Shown piece by piece: positions 12,290-24,106 of a DNA stretch of 64,000 bases (position 1 is its first letter; each line of letters starts with the position of its first letter). The translations under genes and the position numbers were made by a program. Origin of the DNA: Lama guanicoe (taxonomy: Eukaryota); the NCBI GenBank assembly GCA_013239625.1, contig MU053995.1, positions 1 through 64,000 of the forward strand, read 5' to 3'. A model generated the notes under the pieces. That model saw nothing but the letters and a program-made list of their open reading frames with translations, searched no databases and was not told the DNA's origin.

Positions 12290-12455
12290 TTTTACAGCAT
12301 CAGGAACTATCCCATCAGTGTCATACATTTTCCATATGCTTTTCTTAATTCTCATAACAAGCACTTTCTATGCATTATATTACCCTTTCCATTGAAGATG
12401 AAGAAACTATGTCACAGAGATGTTAATTAAGTTAGTCAAGGTCACACAGTGATGA
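12290..12455 (-). mobile_element. MIR fragment
   Basis: tattataccctttccattgaagatgaagaaactatgtcacagagatgttaattaagttagtcaaggtcacacag resembles the reverse MIR core. Confidence 0.7.
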
Positions 12456-13769
12456 TGGAGCCCCACCTCTGTCCTTTAATCTAAAAGATCCTTTTACTAA
12501 AAACTCTTAATTTTTGAGTATTTATCCAATAAAATATCCAGGTCATGTACGTTGTTTTTTTAAACAAATTTTACATGTGTAAATGTAACCACAGTAGCAC
12601 TTATCCACAAAATGACACATTACAGTACAACTTACATTGTTTTCCATTAGTTTAAAATGTTTCCTAATTCCTTGAGTGGCCTTCCAGACAAATTTGCTAC
12701 AAAAACAGTTTCATGATATTTGTGGCAATATTATATAAGAAAGCCATAAATCTAGTTTCTTCCTTCACGTGACGTTTTGGGTTTTTTGACTCTGGGCTCA
12801 GCAGTGAAAACTAACACTGGCTAAGGGGCCCATGTATACATATGCCTTTCAGCTATTTTAATTTGCAGACAAGCAAACAGCATACACAAGAACAAATGAT
12901 ATGCTGCAATCATATTATATAGGGAAAGATACATCTGCAATTAGAAAAGCAGCTTTTGTCATATCTGGAAGTCCCAGTGCAAGTGTGCCATCTCCCTCCT
13001 CCATCTGTTTCACTGTGCCGTAGAGGTCACCCTGTTGTGTAACGTGGGGGAACCAAGACTCACACTTCCTCATGGCAGCACAAGACCCTGCAGTCCCCAG
13101 CTGTTATGAAACAGTGCTGAGCTGCACAACAGGAAGCAGGGTCCCTGCCAGGAAGTGAAGCCCTTCCTTCCCTTTCAGCAGGCCTCAGAACTTCCTCATA
13201 TCTGCAACTCCAAATCCTTTTACAGATATTTACTTAGGAGCTGGTGGTTTCCTCCCCCTCCTTGAGCTCCTATTGGGGAAACCATATGAAGAGGCTTCTG
13301 CCATTTACCTCTCATTTTAGATTAGAAAGAAGCCAAGGGATGAGCTGTGGCACCTACACTGTCCCCAGGGCAACCTTGACATCACAGAGAGAAGGGGCCA
13401 CTTGACTGTGCCCCTTCTGTAAATATTTTGTGTGGGGAATTATCAACATTACCTTGTACTTGAGTTGGCATTTTCCTTTGAATTTACCCCAGACACACCC
13501 TCTTTAAAACTAAACTAGCAGCCTGAATCAGGCAATAGTATTTTGTACATGAATTTAGGCAAACATACTAGAAAGTGTAACAAAGAGCTCTGTAAATAGA
13601 TCAGCAACTATAGTTCCTGGCAGACAAATGGGGCTAAACTACTAATTTGTTCATTATTAGATGTGAGGAGAGAAGATAAAGAGGTTCTTGAAAAATTGTT
13701 CAGTTAATACATATTTCATTTTTTAAAATCTCAGAATCTGATGATAATTCCAGAATCCTACTGATAGGT

Positions 13770-14240
13770 TTATTACTTTTCTATTGCTATTGTAACAAAT
13801 AGCCACAAAGTGATTTAACACAATTTTATTATCTTATAGTATCTATAGATCACAAATCAGACATGTATGTTTCTGGGGTGAGATCAAAGTGTTGGCAGAG
13901 TAGTATTACTACTGTAGAAAGAAAAAATCTATGCCTTGGTCCTTTTGTAGCTTTAAGAGAATACCTCTGGTTTTGAATTTGTGGCCCATTTATCTTCAAA
14001 GTCAACAATAGCAAATCAAGCCCTTTCACATTATCATTTCTCTGGTTCTTTCTTCCATAGCCACATATTTGTCTCCCACTTTTAAGGGTCATATGGTACA
14101 TTAGACCCACCCAGATACCCCAGGATAGTTTCCCTATTTTAAGGTAATGTAATTAGTAAACTTATTTCCACCTACATTTTAAATCCCTTTGCCATTTAAA
14201 GTTCTAGAGATTAAGACATGTTTTCTTTGAAGGAGGGGAG
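13770..14240 (-). mobile_element. MaLR LTR (MLT1 family)
   Basis: Contains ttctattgctattgtaacaaatagccacaaa, atcaaagtgttggcagag and cccacccagataccccaggatag. Confidence 0.75.
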
Positions 14241-14849
14241 TCTACAATAATACACAAATAGTTCTTTGGGTTTTTTTTTTTTAGAATTATAAGGTTCATT
14301 TGTACTATAGTCAGACTCTCTATTTACTACAAATTTAAGAGCAGATAAAAGCTCCTTTATGATACATTAATTAATATAAATAATAGCTACCATTATTGAT
14401 ACTACTATTCACAGTGATGCTTTGGGCATCCATGTTTTTTGAGTTTTTTACTACAACCCTGAAATATATGCAGGGTAAATATTAATATTCATATTTATAG
14501 ATTTTAAAAAATTAATGTTAAGAAAAGTAAGGATCATGCAGCTATTCACATGCCTTCCACTCAGACATAAAAGACACATTATTTCCTGATTTTTCAACCT
14601 CCAGGCTCTCACCCAGAGAGAGCTGCTTCACCTCAGGGAGTCTGATCATATTCTTTCACCCTTAAGTTAAATCCACCAGCCCAGTGAGTCCTGAAGCTAA
14701 ACAGCTGGCATCATGACAGACCTCCCCACCCTAGCTGGTTCTTGGAAGCAGTACTAGAGCTCCAGCCTTCACTGAGAGAGTCTGGGGTTCCTGCTTCACC
14801 TGTACACATTGACAATTTTTGTGGAAGGCCAGAGTGCTATGGAGAACAG

Positions 14850-15233
14850 TGGTATAGAATGTATTGCCCCAAATTTGTATATTGAAATCCAAACCGACAA
14901 TGTGAGTATATTTGGAGACAGAATCTTTAGAAAATAATTAAGGTTAAATGAATTCATAAGATTCAATCCTCCACTAATAGGCTTAGTACCTTTAGAAGTA
15001 ACACCAGAGAGGTGATTTTCTCTCTTCAGTGTATACATTCACAAAAAAAGAGGTTATGTGAGCCCACATGTCAGCTTTCTACAAGCCAAGACAAAAGTCC
15101 TCAGAAAGAAATCTACCTTGCTGTTACTTTGATCTTGAACTATGCATCTCCCAGGAGTGAGAAATAAATGCTATTCTATAAATCACCTCTTTGGTGATAT
15201 TTTGTTATGACAACCAAGGCAGCCTACTAATAC
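14850..15233 (+). mobile_element. MaLR LTR (MLT1A/B-like)
   Basis: Contains ccccaaatttgtatattgaaatcc, tatttggagacagaatcttt and gagaaataaatg, ending in ctactaataca. Confidence 0.8.
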
Positions 15234-15464
15234 AAACAGCCTCAATTGTACCTTGTGGTTTTGTTCGCAACACTTTTAAAAGAATTGAAATTAAGCTTTG
15301 CAAATGGAAAACAGTACTTTGTACACTTGATCAAACACTATCAAAAACCCATTTTGTAAATATTGATATTTTTCTGATTCAGTGAAATACCTGTTTTTGG
15401 CAAGCTCTCCTTTCAGTTCTTTATTTGGTGACTCCATGGGGCACTCATGATCTTCTCTGATCTT

Positions 15465-15870
15465 TCTAGGCAATACTTGTTATTTTCCATTTTGTTGATT
15501 ATGGCCATCCTAATGACCAAGAAGTAATGCCTAATTATGGTCTGATTTGCCTTTCTCTGGGAACTAGTGATACTAACAATTTTTCTAAGTCATGGTGGCA
15601 TTCTGAAAATTATTATGGAAACCATTATTTCTGGACTCTCAGTTCTATTCCATTAGTCTATATCTTCATGTTTATGCCAGTGTGAATTAATTTTGATTAA
15701 TACAGATTTCAATAAATTTTCAATTAAAGAAGTTCAGTCTCCAGATTTGTTCTTTTAAAAATTAGCTATTTGGAGCCAATTCCAATTCCACATAAATTTG
15801 ATGATCAGCTTTTCTTCTTAAAAAACAAAAGGTTATTGAAAATTTGATAGGGATTGCCTTTCATTGTTTA
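15465..15870 (-). mobile_element. Old L1 ORF2 fragment
   Basis: tatttctggactctcagttctattccattagtctat and aatttgatagggattgc. Confidence 0.7.
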
Positions 15871-16659
15871 GATGTTAAAGGAATAACTTGAGATAAATTT
15901 CTTCAATTATGGAAAATGTTTAGGAAACTAGTCTTTATTTCCCTCTGATAACTTATCTGGGTCATGGAAAAGAATTCTAGTAGCTAATTAGAGACATCTA
16001 CCTCTGCTTGCTACCTTTCTAGTTCAACTTTGAATTGAAGTCCAACCTTCTGGGCCATTGGTTGGTGGCTCAGAGGGTTCCATTTGTCTTTACTGAGAGC
16101 ATTAGGGAGATTCCAACTACCCCATGTTGAACATTTTCCCTGGTGGTGATAGTCTTAAGAAGAAATAGGGAAGCCCAAAATATTTTGACAAATGCCAAGA
16201 AATCTAAAGTTCTGTATATACTACACACTCACAACCCCATCCTCACATCCTCTGGCAGTTTTAACTGATGGCAACCAAATGGCCCAAAGTTTCAGACTGA
16301 AATAAATTTTTTCTTATTACCATCACTATTTTCTGGAAAGAAACTGAGCTTGCAAAAAGCCCTTGGGGAATCAGCTCTTGGGATTTCAGCCAGATCTCAG
16401 CAGAGTAGGGAAGGGAAGTTTTCCCTCCTAAGTAGCTGTCTGAGTCCCTAGGACATGCATTCACACATAGAGGAATGGTCAAGGCTATTGACAGCAAGCT
16501 TTGTGGGAAGACAGCAAGTTTGTGCAAATGTAAACAGCAGCAGAAGCAGGTTTTTCACGGAGCACATATGTAGGTCAGTTCTTCACAGATTGGTACCACA
16601 GTTTTTGCAGACTGGGTCCAGCTCATGGCCACTACTTCCTCAAGGATGGCCCAAGCAGA

Positions 16660-16732
16660 AGCTCTTAACAGTGCATTTTTACAAGATTCCCACCTGACTT
16701 ATGTGCACTTTAAAGTTGGAGAAGCAGTGCTC
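16660..16732. mobile_element. MER5-type hAT DNA transposon end
   Basis: tgcatttttacaagattcccacctgacttatgtgcactttaaagttggagaagcagtg. Confidence 0.6.
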
Positions 16733-17129
16733 TCTTCCTGAATGTGTTCACATCAGGGTGAAGAGTGCTTAGTAGTTTCATGAATGCTTAATAACCATTG
16801 GGCCACAGCTGTATAATTGTGAATTTGCCAATTGGGGAGTTAACCCTTTATAAATCTCAGGTACCATCTCTGTTGGCATTGGTTGATATAGGAATAGTGT
16901 TGGACAATGTATTTTGTACTCATAATAATATTAGTATAAATTGATTGCAAAGAGAAGAAATAATAGACTTCAAAATCTAATGGCACCAACACTTTTCCAA
17001 CTGTGGGTAAGCAGAGGGTGGAGGCAAAGGGGAGAGCATTAGGTCTTGGATAACAAGTGCTGGGTTTCATTTCCTCTGGGCACCAGCCAGCTGGGATATC
17101 AGTCTCTTCACCAGAGAGAATGTGGCTAT

Positions 17130-17370
17130 GCTAAAAGGTGTTTACAAACATACCTTGCATAAAATATAAGGATCCCCACTCTCCCATGCTCTCTTTATCT
17201 CCTTTACCCTATCTCTCTTTTCTCCAAAGAATTTATCAATATGCCTAGCATTTTATAATTTTGTGGCTTTGTGTGTTTGTGTGTCAGTGTCTCTGAGCTA
17301 GCATGTAAGCTTCTTTGGTGCAAAAACTTTGTGTATTTCAGTCATTGTGTTTCTCTAGGACCTGGACCCT
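17130..17370 (+). mobile_element. L2 3' fragment
   Basis: tgtctctgagctagcatgtaagcttctttggtgcaaaaactttgtgtatttcagtcattgtgtttctctagg. Confidence 0.5.
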
Positions 17371-17994
17371 CCAGACTTAAAATGCACTATCATGTCAGAA
17401 TGAATCTTTCCCATCTCTAATGTTTCATTAGAAAAATACTGAGTACTTAGTATTAAAAACTTGCTGAAGTATTCTAAACTGTAGAGAAAAACTATCAATT
17501 TTTAAAATTCATAGCTACATTCTGCTCCTCTAGCTACATTTCTTTATTCATTTACATCCAGTGTCACATTATGTTACTTTCTCCATGAGATCTGACTTTT
17601 GTTGAAGTTGAACCTGTATGTTGTTATTTTCTTCAAGTACTTCACAAAACAGATGATTTTAAGTTTACTAGATGTATCTATCATAGCTCCTTTCCATGTT
17701 AAGCACAGATGTGTTCTGATAGGTCAAATATTTAAAAACAAAAAATCAGGTTTCTCTCTCCATATACTATATACACAAAAATTTCAAAGTTGGCTATGGA
17801 CAGGTAAGTACCTACTTTTTAAGAAGGCCAAATAGAAACTCATCAGGACTACAAAATGGTATTTTTTATACACTCTTTATTTTCTATAAGATGTGAAAAA
17901 AGGGGAATAACTTGAGAGAAGTTGCTACAACTATGAAAATTCTAGAATTACAAAATAGTGGGATAAATTCTCTGAATTGTGCCATGTGATCCTG

Positions 17995-18420
17995 TTTAAA
18001 GAATGGATTTTACTTTTTAGAGTAACTTTAACTTCAGTGCAAAATTTAGTAGCATATTTGGAACAAGAGATGATGCCTGTTCACACGATAATTATTCAGA
18101 CTCGGGAGTTTACCTTAGGGTTCACTCTTGGTGTTGTACATTCAATGGATTTTGAAAAAATTTATAATGACATTTATCCATCAGTGTGGTATCATGAAGA
18201 TTACTTTCACTGCTCTAAAAATCCTCTGTGCTCCACCTGTTCATCCCTCCTGCCCCTACAACTTCCAGAAACACATGGTATTCTTACTGCCTTCATATTT
18301 TATTTTTCCTTCCAGAGTGTCATAGAGCTGGAATCATACATTTTTAGCATTTTCAGATTGGCTTATTTCATTTAGTAATATGCATTTATGTTTTATTTCA
18401 TCAATTTTTATATATGGCTG
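17995..18420 (-). mobile_element. Old L1MB-like 3' end spanning the right inner junction of the palindrome
   Basis: Continuous element: ttagggttcactcttggtgttgtacattc, then ttccagagtgtcatagagctggaatcatac, then ttcagattggcttatttcatttagtaatatgcattt. Confidence 0.8.
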
Positions 18421-19801
18421 GAAGACTCACTTGTTTTTTTAAAAAACTTTGTTGAAGTATAGCTGATTTACCATATTACACTACTTTCTGGTGTAGAGAG
18501 AAGAGATTCTAAACACACACACACACACACACACACACGTACACATAAATATGCATACTTCTTAAGGATAACATTTTACTGAGCATTTAAAATATCATTT
18601 TAAGACAGGATATATATACACATATATATTCTTTTCATATTCTTTTCCATTATGGTTTATTACAGGATATTGCATATAGTTCTCTGTGCTATACAGAAGG
18701 TCCTTGTTGTTTATCTATTTTATGTAATAGCAGTTCCTCTCTGCTAATCTCAAACTCCTAATTTATCCGTCCTTCCCCATTTTCCACTTTGGTCACCATA
18801 AGTTTGTTTTCAATGTCTGTGAGTCTGTTGCTGTTTTATAATTAAGATCATTTCTATCATATTTTAGATTCCACATAAATGTGATATCCTAGTCATTTGT
18901 CCCTCTCTTTCTGACTTACCTCTCTTAACAGTGATAATCTATAGGCCCACCTATGTTGCTGCAAATGTCATTATTTCATTCATTTTTTACAGCTGAATAG
19001 TATTGCACATGTGTGTGTGTGTGTGTGTGTGTGTAAATAACATTTTTTTCATTTTTCAGTCTTATTAGGTAAGAATTGTTACAATTTGACTGCACATGTG
19101 TAATACCTTGCATATAAACACATATACACAATATACTGCATATATTATATAAATACAGATATATGAAATGTTCATTGTTTCTAAGAGCATTTACAGCTTT
19201 AGTTTTTAAACTTACGTAGTTATTAAAACAATAAAGCCAATCATAAGATTAGAATTAATTCAAAAAGATACATACACCCCACTATTAACAGCAACATTAT
19301 TTATAATTGCCGAGGTACAGAAGCATCCTAAGTGGACATCAATACATGAATGGACAAAAACTCTTTTTTATGATGTGTACCTTTTTGAATTAATGGAGCA
19401 CAACTCGCCCGTAAGAAAGAAGGGCATTTTGCCATTTGTGGCCCTTCATTCACTTTTTTTTTTTTCCGCCTCAAAAACCAGTATTTTATAACTGGCAGAG
19501 ACATTTCCATTGCATCGAAAACAACAAACTACCTAGGAATGAACTTAACCAAGGAGGTTAACTATACTCTAAAAACCATAAACCATTGATGGAGGAAGTT
19601 GAAGATGACACAAAAGAAATGGAAAGACACCTTGTGCTCTTGGACTGGAAGAATCAACATTATCAAAATGGCCACACTGCCCAAAGCAGTCTACAGATCC
19701 AATGCAACTCCTGTCAAAATATGACATTATTCACAGAACTAGAACAAACAATTCCAAATTTTATATAGGACCATGAAAGACCGTGAACTGCCAAAGCAAT
19801 C

Positions 19802-21830
19802 GTTTGTAGTCCCCCCTCCCCTTTCTTCTTTTTGTTCTCTTTCCTTACGGTTTGATGACTAGAGAAGGTCCTTTAACATTTGTTGTAAAGCTTATTTGGT
19901 GCTGGTGAATTCTTTTAGCTTTTGTTTATCTTTGAAGCTTTTGATTTCTCCATCAAATCTGAATGAGAGCCTTGCTGGATAGAGTATACTTGGATGTAAG
20001 TTTCCCCTTTCATCACTTTAACTATTTTGTGCCACTCCCTTCTGGCCTGTAGAGTTTCTGCTGAAAAATCAGCTTTTAGCCTTATGGGAGTTCCCTTGTA
20101 TGTTATTTGTTGCTTTTGCCTTGCTGACTTTAATATTTCTCCTTATGCTTAATTTTTGTCAATTTGATTGCTATGTGGCTTAGTGTGTTCCTCTCTGGGT
20201 TGATCCTCTGTGGAACTCTCTGCACTTCCTGCACTTGGGTGACTGTTTCCTTTCCCAGGTTGGGGAAGTTTTCCTTTGTCATCTCTCCAAAAATTTTCTC
20301 AGGTCCCTTCTCTCTCTCTCTTCTCTTTCGGGGACCCTGTAAAGGGAATATTGGTGTGCTTCCTGTTGTCCTAGAGTTCTCTTAAACTATCCTTAATTCT
20401 TTTCATGCTGTTTTCTGTTCTGCAGTAGTGATTTCCACTCATCTGTCTTGTGGCTCATTGATCTGTTCTTGTGCCTCATTTAGTCTATTCTTGGTTCCTT
20501 CTAGTGTATTGTTGAATTCAGTGATTTTATTCTTCAACTCTGTTTGGGTATTCTTTATATTTTCCAAGTCTTTGCTAAAAAGTTTGCTCTGTGCATTTAT
20601 GCTCCTCCTGAGTTCTCTGAACATCTTGGCCATCATTACTTTAAACTCCTTCTCAGATAAATTGCCTTTCTCCTCATCACTTATTTCTTCCTCTGGGATT
20701 TTATCTTGTGGCTTGGCCTGGGAGGCACTCCTCTGCCACCCCATATTGTCTATCTTTCTGTTTGTACTTTTAGGTAGGTTGGTTACGTTCCTCGACCTTG
20801 GAGAGGTGGCCCCTGTGGGAGATGTCCTGCGCATCCCAGAAGTGCATTCCTCTCTTGTCACCCAAAGGCCAGGGTCCGGCCAGTCCCAGTGCAGACTCTG
20901 GCCTGTGTTTGTGGACTCCTTCCACAGGCTTTGGGATTGTTGTTTTCTGATTTCTAGTATCTGTCCCTGGTGGGTGAGGCTGGACTAGAGGCTCATGCAG
21001 GTTTCCTGGCAGGAGGAGCTGGTGCCTGCCCACTGCTGGGTGGAGCTTGGTCCTGGACCTCTGGTGGGTAGGGCCGTGTCTAGAGGCCTTTGTGGCTCAG
21101 GAAGTCTGCTGATGCAGGTTCCCACCCTGCATGTTGTTTGGCCTGAGGCTTCCCTACAGGCTGTTGGGTGGGGCTGGGTCTTGGTGTTATTGATCCAATC
21201 AAGATGTCAGCCTCCAGGAAAGCTCATGTACATGAACACTCCTAGAGTGTCCACCAGCAGCCTTTATGTCCCCTGAGTGAGCCGCAGCTGTTCCCTACAC
21301 ACCCAGGAGAGCTTCCAAGACCAGCAGGTAGGTCTGACCCAGGTTCCTATGAAATCACTGCCTCAGCCCTTGGACCTGGTGCACATGAGATTTCTGTGTA
21401 CTGTACACTACCCAAGAGAATGAAGTCTGTTTCCCCCAGTCCTGTGGGGCTCCTGGAGCTAAGCCCCACTGGTCTTCAAAACCAGATGTCCGTGGTTCTC
21501 CTCCTCCTCCCAAAGCCAGAACCCTGGGCTGGGGAGCCTGGCATGGGGCTTAGGGTTCTCACTCCTGTGGGAGGGCCTCTGTGACTTAATTATTCTTCTG
21601 CTTGTGGGTTGCCCACCCAAAGGGTATGGGGGTCCCATTATATCATGAGCACACCTCTCCTACCATCCCCCTGTGGTTCCTTCTTTATGTTTCCAGTTGA
21701 AGAAGATCTTTTTTGTTAGGTTCCAGTCTTTTACTCGATGGTTGTTTAGCAGTCAGTTGTGGTTTCCTCGTAGATGCAAGGAGGAGTGAACCTGTGGTCC
21801 TACCGCTCCGCCATCTTGACCAGAAATCCA
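19802..21830 (-). mobile_element. L1 5' UTR plus disrupted ORF1, right-arm copy
   Basis: Reverse complement of 7652-9680 (ORF 20439..20861 has the identical translation). Confidence 0.92.
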
Positions 21831-21833
21831 AAT

Positions 21834-24106
21834 AACATCTTCTTTATCCATTCTTCTGTGGATGGACATTTAGGTTGCTTTCATGTCTTGGCTATTGTAA
21901 ATAGTGCTGCTATGAATATTGAGCTGAATGTATCTTTTCAAATTAGAGTTCTCTATGCATATGTGACCAGGAGTGCAATTTCTGGATCATATGAAAACTC
22001 TATTTTTAGTTTTTTAAGGCATTTTCTTACTGTTCTCCCTAGTGGCTACACCAATTTACCTTTCCACCAACAGTGTAGGAGGGTCCTCTTTCTTCCATAC
22101 CCTCTCCAGCATTTATTGTTTGTAGACTTTTTGATGTTGGCCATTCTGACCAATGTGAGGTGATACCTCATTGTGGTTTTGATTTGCATTGCTCTAATAA
22201 TTAGTGATTTTGATCATCTTTCCTGTCTATTTTTTTAATTGGATTTGGGGGGGGGTTGTTATGGAGTAGCATGGGCTGTTTGTGTATTTTGGAAATTAAG
22301 CCCCTGTGCAGCTATCCAGCTTTCCCGGTGCCACTTGATGAAGAGGGTGTCTTTTTGCATTGTATATTCTTGCCTCCTCTGTCGAAGATTAACTGACTGT
22401 AGTTGTATGGGTTTATTTGTGGGTTCTCTATTCTGTTCCATTGATCCACATCTCTGTTTTGTGCCAGTTCCACACTGTTTTGATTACTGTAGCTCTGTGG
22501 TATTGTCTGAAGTCTGGGAGGGTTATTCCTGCAGCTTTCTTTATTTTGCTCAGGATCGTTTTGGAAGTTCTGGCTCTTTTATGGTTCCATGTACCTGGTG
22601 GGATTATTTGTCCTAGTTCTGTGAAATATGTCCGGGATAATTTGATGGGGATCACGTTAAATCTGCCCATCGCTTTGGGGAGTGTGGCCACTTTAACAAT
22701 ATTCAATCTTCCAATCCAGGAGTGTGGGAAATATTTCCATTTCTTTGAATGATCTTCAGTTTCCTTGATCAGTGTTTTATAGTTCCCTGCATGTAAGCCT
22801 TTCACCTCCTTGGTCAGGTTTATTCCTAAATATAGGAATACTTTTTGATGCCACTTTAAAAGGGATTTTTTTTTTTTTTTTACTTTCCCTTTCTGGTAGT
22901 TCATTGGCAGTGTAAAGAAATGCAACATATTCCTGCATGTTAATCTTGTATCGTGCTACCTTGCTAAATTTTTTTTATCACTTCTAGTAGTTTTGGTGTG
23001 GCATCTTTGGGGTTTTCTGTATATATAGTATCATGCCATCTGCATATGATGACAATTTTACTTCTTCCTTTTCAATTTAGATCCCTTTTATTTCTTTACC
23101 TTGCCTGAGTCCTGTGGCTAGGACTTCAAGACTATGTTGAACAGAAGTGGTGAGAGTGGGCATCCTTGTCTTGTTCCAGATTTTAGTGGGAAGGCTTTCA
23201 GTTTTTCACTGTAGAGTATTGTGCTGGCTGTGGGTTTGTCATAAATGGCTTTTATTATGTGGGTTAAGTCCCCCAGTTTGATAAGAGTTGTTTTTTTTTT
23301 TTAACATAAATGGGTGTTGAATTTTACTGAATGATTTTTCTGCATCTATTGAGATGATCCTGTGGGTTTTGTCTCTTCGTTTGCTGATGTTATGTATCAC
23401 GTTGATTGATTTGTGTGTGTTGAAGCATCCTTGTGTCCCTGGGATGAATCCAACTTGACCATGGTGTAAGATCTTTTTAGGGTGCTGTTAGATTCTGTTT
23501 GCTAACATTTTGTTGAGGACTTTTGCTTCTATGTTCATCAATGATATTGGCCTGTAATTTTCTGTTTTAGTAGTGTCTCTGGTTTTGGTTTCAGGGTGAT
23601 GGTGGCTTCCTAGAATGGGTTTGGGAGTATTCCCTTCTCTTCAATTTTTTGGAAGAATTTGAGAAGGACCAGTATGAGTTTTCCTTTGTATGTTTTGTGG
23701 AATTTCCCAGTGAAGCCATCTGGTCCTGGGTGTGTGTTTGTAGAGAGCTTCAAAAAAAATATTATTACAGGTTCTATTTCACTTCTAGTGATCAGTCTGT
23801 CTAAGTTTCTGTTTCTTCTTGATTCAGTTTTGGTGGACTGTATGTTTCTAGACACTTGTCTGTTTCTTCTAAGCTGTCCAATTTGTTGGCATATAACTGT
23901 TCATAGTATTCTCTTATGGCTTTTTGTGTTTGTGTGGTATTGGCTGTTGTATCTCCTTTCATTTCTTACTTTGTTTATTTGGGTCTTCTCTCTTCTTGGT
24001 GAGCCTTGCCAGAGATTTGTTGATTTTGTTTGCCCTTTCAAAGAACCAGTTCTTGGTTTCATTGATCTTTTTTTGTATTTTTTAATCTCTATTTAATTTA
24101 TTTTCT
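21834..24106 (-). mobile_element. L1 ORF2 fragment, right-arm copy
   Basis: Reverse complement of 5375-7648; ORF 22428..22928 contains [11 protein letters not shown]. Confidence 0.95.

Larger units (their letters stand above)
11180..18302. other. Single-copy spacer of the palindrome (7123 bp)
   Basis: No mirror symmetry between the two inner junctions; ORFs here have no mirrored partner. Confidence 0.93.
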
